A DNA stretch of 64,000 nucleotides, from the NCBI RefSeq assembly GCF_009914755.1, contig NC_060931.1; one strand, given 5' to 3'. Every line of letters begins with the position of its first letter. The first letter of the stretch is position 1. The position numbers were made by a program, and so were the translations under genes. The notes beneath the pieces are model-generated. The model ran no database searches. It was not told the DNA's origin and saw only the letters and a program-made list of their open reading frames with translations. Origin of the DNA: the human T2T-CHM13v2.0 reference genome, Homo sapiens. Shown piece by piece: positions 55,655 to 64,000 of the stretch.

Positions 55655-56065
55655 TGTTTTAGTCGATTTAGCATTGCTATAAGGGACTACCTAGGACTAT
55701 GTAATTTTTTTAAAAAAAGTTTATTTAGCTTATGATTCTGCCAGCTGTACAAGAAGCAAGGCACCAGCCTTTGCTTCTTGTGAGGGTTTTAGACTGCTTC
55801 CACCAATGGTGAAAGGAGAAGGGAGGCTGGTGTGTAGAGACCACATCATGAGAGAAGAAAGCAAAAGAAAGAAGTGGGAGGTCAAGGCTCTTTTTACAAC
55901 CAGCTCTTATGGGAACTAATAGAGTAAGAACTCATTAATTAACATGAGGGTGGCACCACACCATCCATGAAAAACCACCCCCATGACCCAAATATGTCCC
56001 ATTAGGCCCCACCTCTAACATCGGTGCTCAAATTGCAACATGAAATCTGGAAGAGTCAAACAAAC
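55655..56065 (-). mobile_element. MSTB-type LTR
   Basis: TGTTTTAGTCGATTTAGCATTGCTATAAGGGACTACC...CCCCCATGACCCAAA...CCCATTAGGCCCCACCTCTAACA. Confidence 0.85.
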
Positions 56066-57214
56066 CTCTTTGTTACTTATTTCATTTAGTATACTGTCCT
56101 CAAGTTTCATGCAAGCTATAGAATGTATCACAATTTTCTTTTTTTAGGGCTACTATTCCTATAGATAGAGATATTCTGTTTAGTCATCTATCCAGTAATG
56201 GCCATTTGCATAAATTCTATGATTTGGCTATTGTGAATAATGTTGTTATGAACATGGGCGTATGTACAAATATTTTTTCAAGACTTTGCCTTTGGTTTTT
56301 TCAGATATACACTCATAGATAAAATTGATGCATCATATGGTAATTCTATTTTTAATTTTTTAAGGAGCTGTCATACTATTTTCTAAAGCAGCTGTACCAT
56401 TTTACATTCTTACACACCATAGACAAGGGTCTCTAGGTAAAGATGCTTGTATTATTAAAAACACACTATGTTAGCTGGTAAATACCTAAAATACATGTTT
56501 GGCCTATTAAAATGTATTTCTTGCTTATGTCACTGCTGAATTAAAATAAGCAGGGTTGGCTGGATTTCAGCTTCCAACATTATTCTGCTTCCTACTTTGT
56601 TATTTTCAGGGTTTTTGTTGTTTTGTTTTGTTTGTAGTAGTCATCCTGATGGGTGTGAGGTTATATCTCAATGTGCTTTTGATTGCATTGTACTAATTAT
56701 GAATTATTTTGAACATCTTTTCAGATATTTAGTGGCTATTTGCATGTCTTCTTTGGAGAAATGTCTATTTAAGTCATTGGCCCAATTTCAATTGGGTTCT
56801 TTTATTTTTGTTGCACTGTAAACATTTTGAAAACATGCTGCATATTAACCCTCATCAGATATATGACTTGAAAATATTTTCTGCTATTCTGTCAGTTGCA
56901 TTTTCACTTTCTCAATTGTGTCTTTTAGTGCACAGACATTTTAAATTTTAGCGTAGTGCAATATATCTATTTATATTTTTGTCACCTGTGCTTTTGGTGT
57001 GATGTCAAAGAAATTTTGCCAATTCAAGTCATAAAGCTTTTCTTCATTGTTTTCTTTGAGTGTTTCATAGTTTTAGGTCTTATGCTTGTCTTTGATCCAT
57101 TTTAAATTTATTTGTGTATATTGTGTAAGTTAAGCATCTAACTTCATTTTTGTGTGTGTAGATTTCCAATTTTGCCTACACCATTTGCTAAAGGCTGTCC
57201 TTTCCTATTTCAAT

Positions 57215-57433
57215 TTTGTGTGTGTGTGTGTGAGACAGGGTCTCACTCTGTCACTCAGGCTGGAGTGCAGTGGTGTAATCATGGCTCACTGCAGCTTTGA
57301 CCTCCCAGTCTCAGGCAATCCTACTATCCTAGCCTCCTGAGTAGCTGGGACCAGAGGGGTGCACCACCACACCCAGCTTTTTTTTGTTTCTAATTTTTGT
57401 GATGGGCTATCTCCATATGTTGCCCAGACTGGT
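57215..57433 (-). mobile_element. AluJ, 5'-truncated, with a (TG)n-derived tail
   Basis: GAGACAGGGTCTCACTCTGTC...ATCATGGCTCACTGCAGC...TATGTTGCCCAGACTGG. Confidence 0.85.
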
Positions 57434-58629
57434 GTCCTTACCCACTGAATGAGCTTTGCAACTTTGTTTAAAATCACTCTTCACCATTGATTGTTATGTT
57501 GTTGTGAGCTTGATATATATGGCCTTTATTATGTTGAGGTAGTTTCCTTCTATTCCTTGTATGTTGTGTCTTTTTATCATGAAAAATGTGTTGAATTTTT
57601 GTCATTTGCTTTTTCTGATCAATTGAGCTAATCATATTTTTTTTAAACAGAATGTTGTTCATTTTGCCAATATACTGTATTAAATTGATTGTTTTTTATA
57701 TGTTGAAGTATCTTTGCATTTCAGGAATAAATTCCACTTGCTCATAGTGTAGAATTCTTGTAATGAGTTGTCGAATTCTGTTTGTTAGCATCTTGTTGAA
57801 TATTTTTACATCAGTATTCATCAGAGATATATCTTTATTTGTATTATAAAGCTTTAATTATCCAGGGTGTAAAAAATGGAAAACATCTATTAATTTTAAT
57901 AGTGTTTTACCTACTTTAAAAAGACAAAAATTAGAAAATAAGATGGTCACAATTCTACCCAAAATCCAATCCTGAATTGCACAGTTAACTGAAAAAGTAT
58001 TTAAGTATCTATGGCTTACTACTTGAGGGAATCCAATATTGCTACCACCCTCCTTCGCAATTAAACTCCAAATACCCCACGATGTACGAAACCTATCCCA
58101 TGTTTGCTTCATGTCTCCTGGGAATCCTTTGCTTGTTTCCTTTTCCCTGTTTTCATTCGTGCCCTTTTCATACTCATCTTTTCCCACCCTATCTAATACT
58201 CCACATCATTTCAGATCCAGGTGATACATGAGCCAACAAAGGACTCTCCTCTGATCCTTGGGTGCATCATTTCTTTCAGTGTAGGAATGCTTTGTATTTT
58301 CTCCAAATACCAGTTTCTGCCAGGGATACAGAACTTACATATTCATGAAGTCAATTTCAATATAATTTTTCTTTAATTGATAAAAATGTGTCTTTTCCAT
58401 AATTTTTCTTCCTTTTTGTCTTCTGCAATTAAAAAAGATTTAGTTCCTTTTTTTTTTTAACCACAGATTCATTCAAAAACTTAGAAGGTTATTATAGATG
58501 TCTTAAGTTACTATTTTCCAAACTAAATACATTCATTTTTCTTTATGACATGATTTATAGACTCTTCCAAACCTGGTCACCAGCTTTTTGATGTACTATA
58601 ATTATGTTCGTCTGGTGTAATAAAATAGT

Positions 58630-59120
58630 ATAGACCTTTTGTGATGAAGTGATTAAATGGAGAAATATATCAAGTTCATGAATGGGAAAACTTCATTCTA
58701 TAAAAATGTCAAATTCATTCACATTCATATAAAATCTTAATAAAATTATAACTCGTTGTAAAATTTTTAAATTAATAGAAATGAATAAAGGCCCAAGGAA
58801 AACACAATGATATTTTTAAAGGATGCGTGAATGTATGGAACCAAATATTATTAAAATATAATTAAAATAATTTATTGTAGCTCAGAAATAGACATTGTTT
58901 AATACTACATGTGTTTTTATATAATGTTATATGCATATTTTATACATTAATATGAGTAGAAGGTATATAAAATTAATGACCAAAGGAAATATTCCTCCAT
59001 ATATGGTGTTAGAACATTTACTACTTATTTGAAAAATAGAATTTGATTCATAACCCATCCCTTTTAGGTAAATAAATTTCATAGTACATAGAGACCTAAG
59101 TATAAAAAAGAAACTATCCT
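58630..59120 (+). mobile_element. Old L1ME ORF2 fragment
   Basis: TAAATGGAGAAATATATCAAGTTCATGAATGGGAAAACT and ATATGGTGTTAGAACATTT. Confidence 0.5.
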
Positions 59121-59817
59121 AGGAAAGCCTAATTATAGAAGGCCAGTCCTTTGGCTTGTGTCCTTGAATCTACGCCTTCTGAAGGTTTCATGGACACTGT
59201 TACTGCAATTAAGCTCTCCTCTCCCACTGGATTATTGCCTTGATTATCAAAATGCATCTCAGATTGTACATATTTAATCCCCTCCCTTGAGTCTTCAATT
59301 CTACTGCTGCCTCATTCTTTTCTGCCACTTGAAGCGTAGCATCTTCAAAAGTTTTCTATGTCCTTGCCTTCAATTCTGCAGCATCCTTCAACTCATTTTA
59401 ATCATGTTTCATTTCATTTTTTACTTTGAATCTATTTTTTAAATACAGGTCATTATTACCCTATAGCCTGCCATAGACTTTGACCTATACTCTGACCTAA
59501 TTGTAATCAGTTTTGCAGCAACATTGGACATTTGCTTTATCTCTTCCCACATTCTCCTAGTTTTCCTCTGAATATCCTGTCTGTCAGGACCTCCTTCCTG
59601 AGAACTTTAAATTTGATATACCCCTGAACTTTTTTCTTTCACTTTTATTCTTTCCTCTCTCAGACAAAAATGACAAAAGTGAAAAGTTAATGTTGTACTG
59701 AAGAAGCTGAGGTATATATCAAACATGCCAAGGGTGAAATCCAACCATTCAAGAACATGTTCAATGCTGAATGCTATCTATGTCCAAGTGTGTACCTGAA
59801 TTGGAATAGGCCATATT

Positions 59818-60801
59818 CAAATAGGAGAGAGAAAGTCAAATTTTCTCTGTTTGGAGATGACATGGCTGTATATTTAGAAAACCCCATCATCTCAGCCCCA
59901 AATCTCCTTAAGCTGATAAGCAACTTCAGCAAACTCTCAGGATAAAAAATCAATGTGCAAAAATCACAAGCATTCCTATACACCAATAATAGAGAGCCAA
60001 ATCATGAGTGAACTCCTGTTCACAATTACTACCAAAAGAATAAAATATCTAGGGATAAAACTTACAAGGGATATGAAGGACCTCTTCAAGGAGAACTACA
60101 AACCACTGCTCAAGGAAATAAGAGAGGATACAAACAAATGGAAGAACATTTTAACATTATTTTACATTTGTTACATAATGTACAACATTATGTTAACATT
60201 TAACATAAAACGTTAAACAGTTTAAGCAGTTTAACAATGCTCATGGATAGGAAGAATCAATATCATGAAAATGGCCATACTGTCCAAAGTAATTTATAGA
60301 TTCAATGGTATCCCCATCAAGCTGCCTTTGACTTTCTTCACAGAATTGGAAAAAAACTACTTTAAGTTTCATATGGAACCAAAAAAGAGCCTGTACAGCC
60401 AAGACAATCCTAAGCAAAAAGAACAAAGCTGGAAGCATCATGCTACGTGACTTCAAACTATACTACAAGGTTACCGTAACCAAAACAGCATGGTACTGGT
60501 AGCAAAACAGATATATAGACAAATGCAACAGAACAGAGGCCTCAGAAATAACCCAATACATCTACAACCATCTGATCTTTGACAAACCTGACAAAAACAA
60601 GCCAGACAGAACAGAGAACTCAGAAATAACTCCATACGTCTACAACCATCTGATCTTTGACAAACCTGATAAAAACAAGCCATGGGGAAAGGATTCCCTA
60701 TGGTGTTGGGAAAACAGGCTGGCCATATGCAGAAAACTGAAACTGGACCCCTTTCTTACACCTTATACAAAAATTAACCCAAGATGGATTAAACACTTAG
60801 A
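59818..60801 (+). mobile_element. L1PA ORF2 (RT to C-terminal) fragment, truncated at both ends
   Basis: [20 protein letters not shown] (FADD motif region), [25 protein letters not shown] and [19 protein letters not shown]. Flanked by a 13-bp TSD. Confidence 0.92.
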
Positions 60802-61399
60802 AATAAGCCATATTTTTTAATGCCATTGTTAAAGTACTTCTCAACTGCCAGGCATTCTACTATAGTAATTTTACCTTTAGGAATGTGGTATAAAATTATC
60901 ACTTTTTAATATTTGCTCTATTATTGAGGTGTTCTTTCAGTAAGACATCAGACTTTTCCTAAATAATCCAGAATTCTAAAAATATTCCATTAGCATACAA
61001 CTTTTCTTCTGTAGCTTACTGTTGGTAGCTTAGTTTTTTATCCATAAATTTAAATGCATAATTGACTCATTTTAATGCTGTAGTGAAACAGTTTAACAAT
61101 GGTATAGCCAGACATTTCCCATACAAAGCAGTCAGGATCCTCAAGACTAGCCTGTATTTTTCACCTTCTTCCTTCTGTATGTCTATATTACTCCAATGAT
61201 GGTAAGCATTTTCAACCACTCTGTTTTATACACTTTCCCTTTCATAATCTCTTCTATACAGGTATTCTAGAAGAGTAGGCTATAGCACAAGTTTATCAGA
61301 TATTGTAATGATGCCACAATTGCTACTTGGTCTCTCATGTCTCTCTTAGAATCCCAGAAGAGGGAAAGAAGTTTAAATAGTCCAAACCATCCTCTTTTC

Positions 61400-61740
61400 A
61401 TATAAATTAAGTGCCATGCTCCTATAATTTCATTCTCAGTTATTTTATTTCTGTACACATTCTTCCAAGATGATCTCATTCTGTCCCATGGTTTTAAGTA
61501 TCTCATGTATACCTCAGGCTTCCTACTTGAAACCTGAAATTTAGTTGTCTCTTAGGCATCTCCCAAGTAACATAATCCTCCATTCCATTCTATATGTTTG
61601 CCTCCCTAGTGCTTCCTACTTTGACAACCGAGTGTGCCATCCACTTATTATCTCAGACCCCAAATTTCATAGTGACTCAAGATTCCTGCTTTTTCTCTCA
61701 TCTTCTATCACAATCTGATAATAAATTCTATTTATTAAGC
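61400..61740 (+). mobile_element. L2 fragment
   Basis: GATCTCATTCTGTCCCATGGTTTTAAGTATC, CTTAGGCATCTC and GCCATCCAC. Confidence 0.5.
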
Positions 61741-61787
61741 CAGATTAAAATAAAGAAAACTTTAACCTAGTTCTTCTTATAATTTCC

Positions 61788-62140
<353 letters not shown>

Positions 62141-62397
62141 TGAAAAACCTTAAGAAGAAAAGTAAAATCACCTCTGAAATGAAAATCAGCAAAGCATAGT
62201 CTCTAAAAGCACTTAGTCTGCAGCCAGGTGCCTAGATTCAAATACAGACATTTCCACTCACCATGTGTTAGGTATCTCGCATTCACATTCTGCTTAACTT
62301 CTTTGTGCCTGTGCCTCTGTGACTTTGTTTCTTCAATTACAATATGAGAATACTAATAGTGCACACCTGATTGGGATTTTTTGGGTATTAAATGTGC

Positions 62398-62454
<57 letters not shown>

Positions 62455-62501
62455 TGTGTGTATATATGTGTGTATATATATGTGTGTGTATATATATATA
62501 C
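62398..62501. repeat. Compound (TA)n(TG)n microsatellite within a MIR remnant (about 62190-62520)
   Basis: About 100 bp of strict purine-pyrimidine alternation. Confidence 0.95.
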
Positions 62502-62599
62502 TTAGTACAGTATAGTATGTAATACATGATTTTGAGCTGAATAAAGTAACATTCTTTAAATGCTGCCACTTCAAAAATAACATTCTTGTTTCACAAAAG

Positions 62600-63780
62600 A
62601 TTTATAAAGCAAGTTAAATGAATTAATCAGAATAAAAATATAAAATATCAATACTTATAAAAATATAATGTTCAAGACAGTGTGCACTAGAACAAAGCAT
62701 AAAGACAAATTCAAATATAGTCTAGAAATAGACTGGCATATTTAGAGAAATGCCTGATTCATAAAAAACAATTCAAAAAATTCTTTAATTTTCTAGACTT
62801 ACTTTAGGGAGACTGAGCAATACAGAAGGAAAGCCATGACAAGAAACCTTTGTTCCTTCCTTACAACAGCAATGAAAATAAGTGGCCTTTTAAAGAAATA
62901 ATGCTGAATCAGTTAGATATTTATATCAAAAGAGAATCTTCATTACTAACTGCAACACACACAAAAATCAATTTCAGATGTATTGTATACCTAAATACAA
63001 GAGGTACAACATGACCTCTTTTGGAAGATAACGTTGGGAAATATATTAGTGCCTGTAAAGGAGATAAATATTTGTTAACCTAGTTGCAAATACACTAACC
63101 ATAAAGAAAAATAATGATATTTATTAAAATAAAGAAATTATGTTCATTATTAAAAGCATAAAAATAAAAAGCAAGCTGCAGAGTGAAGTAGGAGTGAATA
63201 TAAGCATACATATAAAATTGACAAAGAGCTCATATCCATAATATGTAAAGAATTCAATTAAACCAGTAAAAAAAGAAGACCAATAAAAATGGATGAAATA
63301 CTTGAACATGCATTTAGAAAAAGAAGATAGCCAAATTGACAATAAAAACATGAAAAAGGTGCTCCCCATCATTAGACATTAGAGAAATTAAATTATAATG
63401 TAATGTGAAATCTCTATACATCCCCCAGAGTGAATAAAATGAAACAGGAAATGCTAAACGTTTGGTGGATATGGTAATATCTATTATAGCTGCATATACT
63501 GCTTTCTGTGATTCAGTAATTCCTCTCTCAGCATATATTTGTACACTGAAAAACATGTAAAAGAATGCTCACGATAGCCTTATTTGCATTAATCTAACAC
63601 TGGAAACAGGAATATGTATTAAGGGAATAGATAAATAAAAGGTGTGCTTCTTACAATGAACTAGCAATGAAAATGACATAAATACTTAAACTGAGGTTAA
63701 TGTCTCAATCATAATACTGAAGGAAAGTATCTAAATGAAAAAATAAATGTGTATATGATTTCGTTTATATATCATACCAA
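62600..63780 (+). mobile_element. Old L1ME/MD 3' region
   Basis: AAAATCAATTTCAGATGTATTG, AAATACTTGAACATGCATTT and ACATGAAAAAGGTGCTC. Confidence 0.7.
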
Positions 63781-64000
63781 CACAAAAAAAGACTCGAGAA
63801 AAATAATGCTTTTTGACATCAAAGGAAATTTGGGAGTGTTGGTAACATACTATTTCTTCATGAGGGAGTTAGACACATATCTTTCTGGTGAAATATTATT
63901 AAGCTCTACACTTAGCAATTTCCACACCTAGAACAAAATGGATATAAAAAATAAAATAAAAGCTAGAAACTGGCAAATATGCAATTGAAGACAATATGAG

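Larger units (their letters stand above)
55415..57830 (-). mobile_element. L1MA10/L1MB-type 3' region with nested MSTB, AluJ and internal deletions
   Basis: TAAAATACACATAACATAAAACTTACCAT, GTCTTCTTTGGAGAAATGTCTATT and TTCAGGAATAAATTCCACTTG. Confidence 0.8.

Noticed and set aside
59691-59810. Coding-looking stretch [23 protein letters not shown] with two isolated p53 half-sites
   Set aside because: Stop codon immediately upstream, no recognisable homologue, and the half-sites are over 20 bp apart.
62319-62583. HT/YI/VC-repeat ORFs
   Set aside because: Translation of the TA/TG microsatellite.

Overview
AT-rich, repeat-dense primate (very likely human; AluJ/S/Y present) non-coding DNA. I find no protein-coding exon, RNA gene, CpG island or CRISPR array. 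All supplied ORFs fall in Alu, L1, LTR or simple repeats, or are short and unrecognisable. The only recognisable protein homologies are decayed L1 ORF1/ORF2 and an ERV-L pol (RT) remnant. The window holds about 12 Alus, several L1s, two MaLR proviruses (THE1D, MSTA), many ERV1/ERVL solo LTRs (often nested, with readable TSDs), plus MIR, L2 and MER5. The most notable items are: (1) two L1s that are 3'-truncated yet TSD-flanked (internal priming); (2) an apparently G-to-A hypermutated LTR10A carrying a p53-like site; (3) several templated or inverted repair scars, including a 100-bp inverted copy inside the MSTA provirus and a polymerase-theta-like 86-bp insert; (4) a nested MST/MLT2A LTR with a perfect DUX4 motif, which with downstream candidate exons could form an LTR-driven lncRNA (hypothesis only). 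Subfamily names come from recalled consensus sequences and need RepeatMasker/Dfam confirmation. I cannot support a genuinely new biological system from sequence alone.
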